64,000 bases of DNA from an uncultured Candidatus Saccharibacteria bacterium. Its GTDB lineage: Bacteria > Patescibacteriota > WWE3 > 2-01-FULL-39-13. The stretch's first letter is position 1. Every line of letters starts with the position of its first letter. This document shows, piece by piece, positions 48,982-57,416 of this stretch. Where the stretch lies: contig OZ246395.1 in the NCBI GenBank assembly GCA_965230915.1, forward strand, positions 792,935-856,934, given 5' to 3'. Below the pieces are notes generated by a model. That model was not told the origin of the DNA. It searched no databases and worked only from the letters and a program-made list of their open reading frames with translations. Both the position numbers and the translations under genes were made by a program.

Positions 48982-49938
48982 TTAATTGGCTAATATATAT
49001 TTGTTAACTTCCCAAACTATAAATAGTGCGTAAATAGAAAGTAATACTATTCCTTCTGCTCGTGATAAGTTATTTTTCGATTTAGTAAATATAAAAAAAA
49101 GCCCCAAGCCAGTTAAGGTAAATATAAATGTTGGAATAAAATTCGTAGTAGTTAGAATTTCCCCGGTATTTAGTAATGTGAAAATTCCAAATAATAATGT
49201 ATTTGTGGCAGCGGAGCCCAAATAGTCTCCAAATGCGACTTCTTTCTTTTTAAGGATTACTGACTTTACCGCTAAAGTAAGCTCGGGCAGATTAGTTCCC
49301 AATGATAGAGCCATAAGGCTAATCAAATATGGGGAAATATCTAAAAGTTCTGCAAATATTACGGTTTTATTAACGATTATATTACTAGATATAAAAACGA
49401 GAATTATTCCCCCAATGATTCTAAAAATATCGTTAAGTGAATATGAATTTAAATTAAAAAGTTTTGTATTTCCTAGGTTTAGTATCCCTTCCCGTTTTAG
49501 AACGAAGAATATCAAAATAAAATATATACCTAAAAGTAATAGACCTTCTTCGTAAGTGACTTTTTTATCGAGTATCAAAATAGATGGAGCAAGTATTACA
49601 AAAAGGCAAAATAAGATTGTAAATTGGTCGAGATTATGATCAATTCGAATTCCATTGCCCAATGCGGCTAAAAGCGGAATTACCAACAAAAACAGCAAGA
49701 TTATTCCACCAAGTAAGTTTCCTACAAAAATTTCAGCCCTACCTTCAGCAATTGATGCTAAACCAACCGCAAATTCAGGTGTTGAAGTTAAGATTCCCAG
49801 AACAATAAACGAAACGGCGAATGATGATACTTTGATATTTTTGGATATTTTATCGATGGATTTAACAATGAGCCCTGTCCCAAGCCATATAAGGACAAAA
49901 GCAAAAATATAAATGGACAGGTCTAATATTAAGAGCAT
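48982..49938 (-). CDS. Sodium:calcium antiporter family (YrbG-like)
   Basis: TSTPE...GNLLG and GTNLPE...GDYLGS alpha repeats. Confidence 0.88.
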   Translation of the reverse strand: MLLILDLSIYIFAFVLIWLGTGLIVKSIDKISKNIKVSSFAVSFIVLGILTSTPEFAVGLASIAEGRAEIFVGNLLGGIILLFLLVIPLLAALGNGIRIDHNLDQFTILFCLFVILAPSILILDKKVTYEEGLLLLGIYFILIFFVLKREGILNLGNTKLFNLNSYSLNDIFRIIGGIILVFISSNIIVNKTVIFAELLDISPYLISLMALSLGTNLPELTLAVKSVILKKKEVAFGDYLGSAATNTLLFGIFTLLNTGEILTTTNFIPTFIFTLTGLGLFFIFTKSKNNLSRAEGIVLLSIYALFIVWEVNKYILAN

Positions 49939-49985
49939 TATATAAATTATAACTGGAAAAATTTATTTAGGGAGTAAAAATTTGC

Positions 49986-50032
49986 TAGCAGGAAAACTGG
50001 ATAGAAAGAAACACTTTCCAGTTTTCCTGCTA
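49986..50032 (-). terminator. 16-bp perfect-stem 3' hairpin
   Basis: TAGCAGGAAAACTGGA...TCCAGTTTTCCTGCTA. Confidence 0.75.
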
Positions 50033-50039
50033 CTGCGGG

Positions 50040-50225
50040 TTAGGTTGCCTTACCGGCCTTAGCTGTAGCTAACGGATACCAAATATCCCCGGTAGGACCT
50101 CTGCCCCATCTGGAGTTAAGAACATACGGGCCTTGGGCAGCTTGTGCCACAGGCTTATCCCTTGCTTCCTTTGCCTCATCAGACACATTCCGATCACTGT
50201 CTTTTCCATTTGTCGCCGTTGACAC
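50040..50225 (-). CDS. 61-aa GC-richer orphan protein
   Basis: GTG start after GAAGGAGAGAAACAA; hairpin just after stop. Confidence 0.55.
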   Translation of the reverse strand: MSTATNGKDSDRNVSDEAKEARDKPVAQAAQGPYVLNSRWGRGPTGDIWYPLATAKAGKAT

Positions 50226-50385
50226 TTGTTTCTCTCCTTCGAGAATTGATCGACTCAAACCCACTGGTTTAAGTTTGTATATTTTAGCACAATTAAATAC
50301 CTCCGCCACACCATACTATAGGTTGACATCCTGGGTTTTTGTCTTATACTTATGCGCAATTGGATTGGGACGGAAAGGAATGACC

Positions 50386-50574
50386 ATGAACGCCTTGCTT
50401 CGTTTGCTTGGGAAACCTCAGACGGATAAAGTAGGCAATGAATTTCCGTACCATATTATCGACCACCAAGGCCAGACCTGCGTGGTCAACTCAAAAACGG
50501 GCGAAATATTAAGGCCAAAAAAAGGCGAATCGCTAAACGAACTAATTGCCCGTTTTGAAGCCAAGACAAAATAG
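50386..50574 (+). CDS. 62-aa orphan protein with end-paired mRNA
   Basis: TTGACA-16-TATACT at 50323-50350; SD GAAAGGA; 5' and 3' UTRs complementary. Confidence 0.65.
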   Translation: MNALLRLLGKPQTDKVGNEFPYHIIDHQGQTCVVNSKTGEILRPKKGESLNELIARFEAKTK

Positions 50575-50676
50575 ACGGAACCTATCCTGTTCCCCCATTT
50601 GTCCCAATCCAAGGCTTCTTTAAAACAACAAGGCCTATAATCTTTTTAAACTTTTTTGTATAATTCTCAATAATAA

Positions 50677-51975
50677 ATGGGCAATATCAACAAAAACCAA
50701 CTGATTACAATTTCTAACAAAATTCTAAAAAACGATCCTATAAATCCGGAAGAAATTTCAGATATTTTAAATTTCGAGTTAAGTGAAAAAGACAGCTCAT
50801 TTATTTCATTTTTAAAAAGATATGCAGTACCCCTATCTTTAACTGCCGGAGCAATTATTGCGATTTTTCACCCCGAATTTGAAGTTGTTACAACAAACTT
50901 GCCGGAATGGACCAACCTTCACCCTAGGCTTCAGGATGGGCTAAATTATTTATGGAGCATAATTGGTGACCCGGTTGAAGAAAATAATATTTTATACCAT
51001 CTGCCTAATGTATTTTTATACGGATTCGGAATTCTTGGAATTAAAACCCTTGTAGACAAGATAAACCACAAAACCTGGATCGAAAAAATTCTAAAAGCTC
51101 AAACAATACTTCAAGAAAATATTTCGTATGGGAATTTAAAACTCAATATGAAAAAAGGGCACTCACTTTTATTTATTGGGAATGGTGACTTTATCGGTGC
51201 ACAATTTGCAATGGATAACCTAAAAAATACAATTACAATTTCGTCAATAAAACCAAGATATACAAATATCTGGAATAAATATGATATCGCAACTCAATAC
51301 GAAGAATTAAAAGCAACAATAGAAAGATGTGATATTGAAAGTGTAGGCGAATATATTTTCTTTCCGGTTAAAGATGATCAGGTATTTTTGCCAAATGAAA
51401 CAGCATATGATTTGTCTCCACATAAACTTGATATTATTTGTCAAAATATTCGGAATATAGAAAAAGATTTTAGTCTTACAGAACGACGAATAATTATAAT
51501 CGGAGACAAATTTCATAAAAGTCTAGTTCAATCAGAAGACCAAGAAAATGAAATTGAAAATAGCCAAGATATTATTTCATTAGAATCAATCAGCAAAAGA
51601 TATAAGAATATTACACTGCTTGACCCTTCTGATATCGCATTAGAAAAGATAATCAAACTGGCAAACGGAAGAAAAATTATATTTCGTGCAACAAAAGATG
51701 GAATTAAGGAATACAAAAGAAGATTTTACGATCGCTTACACGAGCTAGGTTACAAACAGAATGCATCAAAAAAAGGAATTTTAACGATCGGTTACGATTT
51801 ATTTGAAGACCAAACCGAACAACAGACATTAAGTCACAAAGATGATTACCTTCCCGTAGTACTTTCTAAAGATGTAAAAGATGGGCTTATAAGAAATGGA
51901 TATAAAAATGAAGAATTCTTGTATGTCCCCGAAGTTGTTTTAGAAAAACTCTCCCAAATAGCCGACGAACAATAA
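50677..51975 (+). CDS. Hypothetical protein with two N-terminal hydrophobic segments
   Basis: 432 aa ORF; no recognised motif. Confidence 0.7.
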   Translation: MGNINKNQLITISNKILKNDPINPEEISDILNFELSEKDSSFISFLKRYAVPLSLTAGAIIAIFHPEFEVVTTNLPEWTNLHPRLQDGLNYLWSIIGDPVEENNILYHLPNVFLYGFGILGIKTLVDKINHKTWIEKILKAQTILQENISYGNLKLNMKKGHSLLFIGNGDFIGAQFAMDNLKNTITISSIKPRYTNIWNKYDIATQYEELKATIERCDIESVGEYIFFPVKDDQVFLPNETAYDLSPHKLDIICQNIRNIEKDFSLTERRIIIIGDKFHKSLVQSEDQENEIENSQDIISLESISKRYKNITLLDPSDIALEKIIKLANGRKIIFRATKDGIKEYKRRFYDRLHELGYKQNASKKGILTIGYDLFEDQTEQQTLSHKDDYLPVVLSKDVKDGLIRNGYKNEEFLYVPEVVLEKLSQIADEQ

Positions 51976-52051
51976 AAGGAGAGGCAGGTAAGGTTTCTTT
52001 TTTTGGAAGAAATGATCTTACCTGCCTTTCTACATACGGGAATCATAACGG

Positions 52052-52084
52052 CTACCGATCGGAATCTGGCTTGTTGTAAAGCAT
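52052..52084 (-). CDS. Candidate 10-aa micro-ORF MLYNKPDSDR (or small RNA)
   Basis: AAAGGAGA SD 6 nt before ATG; TTGCAT-16-TATAAT at 52147-52174; hairpin 51978-52031. Confidence 0.4.
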   Translation of the reverse strand: MLYNKPDSDR

Positions 52085-52176
52085 CTTGGATCTCCTTTGC
52101 GTTAAAGGACCGAACGTTTGCGGCGATGTATGCGCGTACAAATCGGATTATACAAAAATAGGGATATAATGCAAAC

Positions 52177-52869
52177 ATGTGGAAAAAATTTGTCTACGAC
52201 GACATAACATCAGAATTAATCACAAAATTTAATCACGAACAGAAGGCTCTCCAAAAAAATATAATTCTTAAAAAGCCTGATCATTCGCCTAAAATTATCG
52301 CTGGCTGCGATAGTGCATTTTTAGAAGACTATATAATTTCTATTTTTGTAATGTTCGAATACCCTTCTCTTAAAGAAGTTGAAATTAAATTTCACTACTC
52401 GAAAGTGGAATTTCCATATATTCCAGGATACCTATCCTTTCGCGAACTTCCCAATTTAATAGAGACTTACAAAAAAATAGAAAATAAACCTGATTTGGTA
52501 ATGGTCGATGGAAATGGAATTATGCATCCACGAAGACTTGGCATTGCAACTCATTTAGGAATTACACTAAATGTTCCAACTTTCGGCGTTGCAAAAAATA
52601 AATTATTTGGAAAATGTGAAATACCAAACGAAATAAAAGGTTCGTATACATTTGTGAAAGATAAAGATGAGATTATTGGCCTTGCCCTAAGATCAAAAGA
52701 TAAAGTAAAACCAATTTATATTTCACCCGGACATTTATGCGATTTAGAAACTTCATTAGAAATAACTATGGAAACTTTAAGAAAGTATAAATTACCAGAA
52801 CCTACAAGAATTGCTGATAAGTATTCAAAAGAATACAAAAAGTTTATTGACTCAAAAAAATTTGATTAG
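52177..52869 (+). CDS. nfi: Endonuclease V
   Basis: IAGCD, FPYIPGYLSFRE, VDGNGIMHPRRLGIATH, GVAK, PIYISPGH, LPEPTR.AD. Confidence 0.96.
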   Translation: MWKKFVYDDITSELITKFNHEQKALQKNIILKKPDHSPKIIAGCDSAFLEDYIISIFVMFEYPSLKEVEIKFHYSKVEFPYIPGYLSFRELPNLIETYKKIENKPDLVMVDGNGIMHPRRLGIATHLGITLNVPTFGVAKNKLFGKCEIPNEIKGSYTFVKDKDEIIGLALRSKDKVKPIYISPGHLCDLETSLEITMETLRKYKLPEPTRIADKYSKEYKKFIDSKKFD

Positions 52870-52895
52870 TTTATTTGAAACAATAAAAATAAAAA

Positions 52896-52945
52896 CCGAC
52901 GCTTTCTTTTTTGTGTTAACCAGTAAACTGGTAAGAAAGCGCCGG
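52896..52945 (-). terminator. 3' hairpin/terminator
   Basis: Sense strand CCGGCGCTTTCTT...AAGAAAGCGTCGG followed by TTTTTATTTTT. Confidence 0.75.
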
Positions 52946-52975
52946 GGACTTCTTGTCGCGGCATAGAAGCTAGGC

Positions 52976-53359
52976 TTATTCCCTGATTTCTTTTTGCAGC
53001 CAAAAAGCCAATCGGGTAATGCTATCACGCACTCCTGATAACAGATTGAAAGTGACCGATCTTGTCACTAGCCTAGGCAGAAAAATGCCGGCAAATGGCA
53101 CGATGCTAAACATTATCAGCAGACCGCTGATTATCACCCCAAACCCTTGCATTCTGCTTACGTTAGGCAAACCGAAGTTCACCGTAACATCGTAAATGCG
53201 CTCATATATTTCATACGAATTAAGCGTATAAATTTTGCAAGCGACCCATACGGCAGCAGCCAAACCAGTCATGTAAAACCATGTGGCAAAGTATAAAAAC
53301 CTCACCTTTACCATCCAATTGTGCCGAAAAACCGCATAAAACATAGTAAAGCTAAGCAT
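52976..53359 (-). CDS. Orphan membrane protein
   Basis: 2-3 hydrophobic segments; TTGAAT-16-TATAAT upstream; hairpin downstream. Confidence 0.55.
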   Translation of the reverse strand: MLSFTMFYAVFRHNWMVKVRFLYFATWFYMTGLAAAVWVACKIYTLNSYEIYERIYDVTVNFGLPNVSRMQGFGVIISGLLIMFSIVPFAGIFLPRLVTRSVTFNLLSGVRDSITRLAFWLQKEIRE

Positions 53360-53449
53360 TCCTACTCACTTTCTATTACATGATTTGAATTGATTGGTGG
53401 GCAGATTATACATTATATTGGGGTAAATTCAAAACTATGGGATGTGGGG

Positions 53450-54892
53450 TTATATTTCTCTTAATGTTCCGTCTATCAAATTCACAACCTTAGTCATACC
53501 TACTCTTTCAACAAAAAAGCGGTCATGTGAAACCAAGAAAAGGGTGCCTTTAAAATTGCGCAAACTTTCTTCGATAACTTCAGTTGTATCGATATCTAAG
53601 TGGTTTGTAGGCTCGTCTAAAATTAATAGATCGTAATCGTTGTAAGCAAAGATTGCGAAAGCATATCGTGCACGCTGTCCAGGGCTCAAAAACTTAATCG
53701 GACGAGCGAGGTCATCTTTGGTAAACATATATTTTCGTAAAAAGCCAAATGCTTTATCGTAATCGCTACCGGTAGCTTCTAAAAAGTTATTTAAAAGATT
53801 TTTGTTAGAATCGAGAGCATGCTGAGTTTGCGCAAAATATCCGACTTTGATATTTGCGCCTAAAGTTATTTGACCCGCCGTAATTGGAACTTCCTGCATG
53901 ATCAGTTTAACCATAGTAGATTTACCTGCACCGTTTGGTCCAAATAACCAAACTTTTTCTCCGCCGCGAACTTCGAATGATAAATTTCTGAAAACTTCTT
54001 TTTTACCATAAGATTTCGAAACATTATCAAAGCGAATCATTAATTTATGTTCACTTACTTTTGTATCGAAATTAACCTTTACCATTTTCTTATTTACGTA
54101 TTTTTCTTTGGCAACAGAAGTAACTTCACGATCCATACGTTTTTTGGCGCTACTTATAGCTCGACCACGCTTTTTTCCATCTTTAATTTTGTGGACATTT
54201 TCGATTAATTTTTCGAGTTGTGCCTTTTTCTTTAAAAACTCAATATATTCCTGATTCCATTTGCCGATTAATTTTAATTTTTCTTCGCGGTAATAATCGT
54301 AATTGCCGACAAATCGAATCAATTTTTTATTTTCGATTTCCCAAATTTCATCGACGGTATTATTTAAAAATTCGCGGTCATGTGAAATCATTACAACAGT
54401 TTTTGGAAGATGCTTAATATATTTTTCAAACCACAAAATTCCCTCTATATCTAAATGGTTTGTCGGCTCGTCTATTAACAGGATTGTCGGCTCTTGCAAT
54501 AAAACTTCGATCAACTTCAGTTTCATTTTTTGCCCTTCACTCATAGTTTTAATTTCCTGATATGGATCGTAGTTATCAAATTTTAATTGATTTATTAAAA
54601 TTTCGGCCCGGTACATTTCCCAGTCATTGTCTAGAAGTGATTCGACAAATTCTCCGGCCATTACATTTGGAAAAGAAAATTCTTGAGGAATATAACCAAT
54701 AGTTTCATCTTCGACGACAATTAAGCCGGATGTAATTTCTTCTTGCTGGGCGATTAACTTGAGCAAGGTGGTTTTACCGCAACCATTGCGGCCAACAATT
54801 CCGATTTTTTTGTTCTCACCCATGGTGAACTCGAGCCCGTCTAAGACGGGCTCTCCTATGTATGTTTTGACGATTTTTCGTCCAGATATCAT
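53450..54892 (-). CDS. ABC-F family ATPase
   Basis: GRNGCGKT and GPNGAGKS Walker A; two DEPTNHLD; SHDR; no TM. Confidence 0.93.
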   Translation of the reverse strand: MISGRKIVKTYIGEPVLDGLEFTMGENKKIGIVGRNGCGKTTLLKLIAQQEEITSGLIVVEDETIGYIPQEFSFPNVMAGEFVESLLDNDWEMYRAEILINQLKFDNYDPYQEIKTMSEGQKMKLKLIEVLLQEPTILLIDEPTNHLDIEGILWFEKYIKHLPKTVVMISHDREFLNNTVDEIWEIENKKLIRFVGNYDYYREEKLKLIGKWNQEYIEFLKKKAQLEKLIENVHKIKDGKKRGRAISSAKKRMDREVTSVAKEKYVNKKMVKVNFDTKVSEHKLMIRFDNVSKSYGKKEVFRNLSFEVRGGEKVWLFGPNGAGKSTMVKLIMQEVPITAGQITLGANIKVGYFAQTQHALDSNKNLLNNFLEATGSDYDKAFGFLRKYMFTKDDLARPIKFLSPGQRARYAFAIFAYNDYDLLILDEPTNHLDIDTTEVIEESLRNFKGTLFLVSHDRFFVERVGMTKVVNLIDGTLREI

Positions 54893-54930
54893 TCCGCCTA
54901 TTATATATCAGGCGCAATATCAATGGAATT

Positions 54931-55335
54931 TTATACTTCGGGTTCGTTGGAGACGATCGCTATCAGTTTTACAATTCCCCAAGCTATAAGTGGATACACC
55001 AATAGAGCTACCAAAGTAGATGGCTCTAAAATAGAGGTTGTTTCAACACCTTGTGTTGTTGCAGTGCGAAATATTCCTGCGAATGGCAACATAAAGGGAT
55101 ATGTTAATGAATAGATCAAGCTAACAAATCCACTTGCAGGATTTGCTCCGACTAATTTAAATAGAAATCGGAAAATTAGCATAAACTCCAATACTCCAAA
55201 AATGAAATAAATTAAATTTTGGAGAGAATAAGAACTTTTTACATTTGTTTTTGTTGTTTGGTTAACAACTCTCTCGTGTGTTGGTGCTACATCACTACTT
55301 ACTGAAGTGACGGTTTGTTTTTGTACTTCTGCCAT
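54931..55335 (-). CDS. YggT family membrane protein
   Basis: RF.FKL.GANP..GFV..IY.LT.PF..PF.GIF. Confidence 0.8.
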   Translation of the reverse strand: MAEVQKQTVTSVSSDVAPTHERVVNQTTKTNVKSSYSLQNLIYFIFGVLEFMLIFRFLFKLVGANPASGFVSLIYSLTYPFMLPFAGIFRTATTQGVETTSILEPSTLVALLVYPLIAWGIVKLIAIVSNEPEV

Positions 55336-55399
55336 ATTTGTTCTTTTGCATTAGCAAAGCTAGTGATTTTATATAAAGTCGCGTCAAAAATTAATTAAA

Positions 55400-55693
55400 C
55401 TAATCGTCTGTTTTCATTTTTATTGTTTCTTCTATTTCGTGGTCTATATCTGACATATTCGAATCAAGCTTTTCTATATCACCTTTTGTATTATTTTCAT
55501 CTGCTTGAAGCTGTTTATCTTTAGAATTTAAATCATCAAGTATGGCTTGCGATGTTCTAATTTGATCATTAATTGTACTTCTGCTTGATTGAATTTGCTC
55601 GAAATCCTTGGAAAGCTTTGACCTTTGTGTGTAAAGATCAGATTTTCTTTCTTCGAGTTCTGCAAGCTTTGTATCCTTTTCTGCTCTTGTCAT
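55400..55693 (-). CDS. Small coiled-coil protein
   Basis: Heptad pattern across the ORF. Confidence 0.6.
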   Translation of the reverse strand: MTRAEKDTKLAELEERKSDLYTQRSKLSKDFEQIQSSRSTINDQIRTSQAILDDLNSKDKQLQADENNTKGDIEKLDSNMSDIDHEIEETIKMKTDD

Positions 55694-55798
55694 GAGTATA
55701 TTGTGGCTTAAAACCAATAAAATTCAGTTAAAAATTTGTAAGAAGGGTGTAAGAGAAAAGAGGCTAGATTAAACTAGCCTCTACGAATTTCTAAAAAA

Positions 55799-56161
55799 TT
55801 AGCTTTCTTTCCAGGGGGTCATTAGTTGGAAATAATTTCCATCTAGGTCAGCAAAGGTTGCGATCCACATGTCATTTCCCATTTCATAAGGTTCCTTAAC
55901 GACAGTCGCGCCAGCGGACTTAATTCTTTCGAATTCACCTTTAACATCATCAGTATCTAAATTAAACATTATTCGACCTGGTTCTTTTGCCATTCCATTT
56001 ACTTCTGAATGTCGCATTATTCCAAGGAATGTGTTTCCAACCATCCAACCTTTCGAATCGCCGTCAGACATAGTTGGCTCAACATTCACAACTTTTTGAT
56101 AAAACTCCCCCAGTTCTTTTGGCTGACTTGTTCCGATTACAATTGAACTTAGATTTAACAT
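55799..56161 (-). CDS. VOC/glyoxalase family protein
   Basis: FYQKV, G...V..P, ATFADLDGNYFQL. Confidence 0.85.
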   Translation of the reverse strand: MLNLSSIVIGTSQPKELGEFYQKVVNVEPTMSDGDSKGWMVGNTFLGIMRHSEVNGMAKEPGRIMFNLDTDDVKGEFERIKSAGATVVKEPYEMGNDMWIATFADLDGNYFQLMTPWKES

Positions 56162-56183
56162 ATTATTTTTCCTTATAAATTAT

Positions 56184-56582
56184 TTAACTTGAACTAATAT
56201 TAAACATCCAATGGATTCCATATTTATCTTTAAGCATTCCAAATTTATCGCCCCATGGAGCTGGCGCCAGTTGAACGTAAACTTCTCCGCCTTCTGAAAG
56301 TTTATTATAAATTCCAGTAATTTTTTCTGAGTCGTCTCCAGCGATGCTCAATTTTACGTTGTCACCAACTATTGGAGGATTGGCAGGCATAGGGTTGTGA
56401 TCCATTTCGTCGCTAGCCATGAATGATAGAGTTCCATTCTCTAACGAAGCATGCATAACCTTGTCAGGGGCATCTTGATATGGAGTTGTTTTGAGTTCTC
56501 CTCCCATAACTGACTTGTAAAATTCCATGGCTTCTTTGCAATTACCATTGAACATAAGGTAGGGTGATAGTACTGATGTCAT
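56184..56582 (-). CDS. PhnB-like VOC family protein
   Basis: PYLMFNGNCKEAMEFY, VMHASL, PWG..FGML.DKYGIHW. Confidence 0.9.
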   Translation of the reverse strand: MTSVLSPYLMFNGNCKEAMEFYKSVMGGELKTTPYQDAPDKVMHASLENGTLSFMASDEMDHNPMPANPPIVGDNVKLSIAGDDSEKITGIYNKLSEGGEVYVQLAPAPWGDKFGMLKDKYGIHWMFNISSS

Positions 56583-56623
56583 ATGTCCCGAGTATAGCAC
56601 CTAAATTCTATTGGATAATGGAC

Positions 56624-57316
56624 CTATTGAATGAATTGATGGTTTTTTACTTTAGCAGTAATTCTTGAATCAATAGATGGAGCATCTCCAGGTTCTGCAC
56701 CTTCAGCCAATTTTACAATTTCCGCAACTACAAGATAGTCTGCACCGGTGTCACCGGGATCCTTAACTCCTACCTGCCTTACATTAACCCCATTACCTAA
56801 CATTAAGGCATCTTTTTGTGTAAGATTTCCGTCTTTATACTGGAACAATAGTACATAAGTACTTCTCAACCCGTTTTGATCCGAAACATTTAATATACCT
56901 AATAAGTCCTTTCCATCACCGGTTTCACGCTCGGCATAATACGAATTGGAAAGATAAACTCCTGCAGATTCACCGCCTTCGACCGGGAACCCATTGACCA
57001 AAGTTATATTTACATCATCCTGACCAGGAATCCAAATAGTTGCATTTGGGAGCTGAGCTATTGCAAGTTCTGACCCTGTTGAATACCCATTCTCACCTAC
57101 GACGCTTAAGTCGGGAGCGACATTTTCGTTATCAGTAATCTCTTCAGTTATAGCTTTACTATACTGACTCATTTGATTATTTGCATTTTGGTTAGGCATG
57201 CCTAGGTAGTTTTGAAAAGGAAGATTTGGAATATTTCCCTGCATTTTTTGATATGCCAGGAAACCACTAAAAACTATCACGATCAGAATAATCCATAGGG
57301 TGAGTTTTTTATTCAT
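56624..57316 (-). CDS. Membrane-anchored hypothetical protein
   Basis: N-terminal TM, soluble beta-rich domain. Confidence 0.65.
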   Translation of the reverse strand: MNKKLTLWIILIVIVFSGFLAYQKMQGNIPNLPFQNYLGMPNQNANNQMSQYSKAITEEITDNENVAPDLSVVGENGYSTGSELAIAQLPNATIWIPGQDDVNITLVNGFPVEGGESAGVYLSNSYYAERETGDGKDLLGILNVSDQNGLRSTYVLLFQYKDGNLTQKDALMLGNGVNVRQVGVKDPGDTGADYLVVAEIVKLAEGAEPGDAPSIDSRITAKVKNHQFIQ

Positions 57317-57416
57317 AAATTTATGCTATCTCATATAGATTCTCTTGACAATACTAGGTAGCTTGACTTTAGATTTGCACACTCTATGATCAATCTAATA
57401 TTTAATTCCCTTGAGT

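Noticed and set aside
51846-52178. 110-aa minus-strand ORF from the track
   Set aside because: It runs through a promoter, a terminator hairpin and the end of the opposite gene; the SD-led 10-codon frame is better supported.
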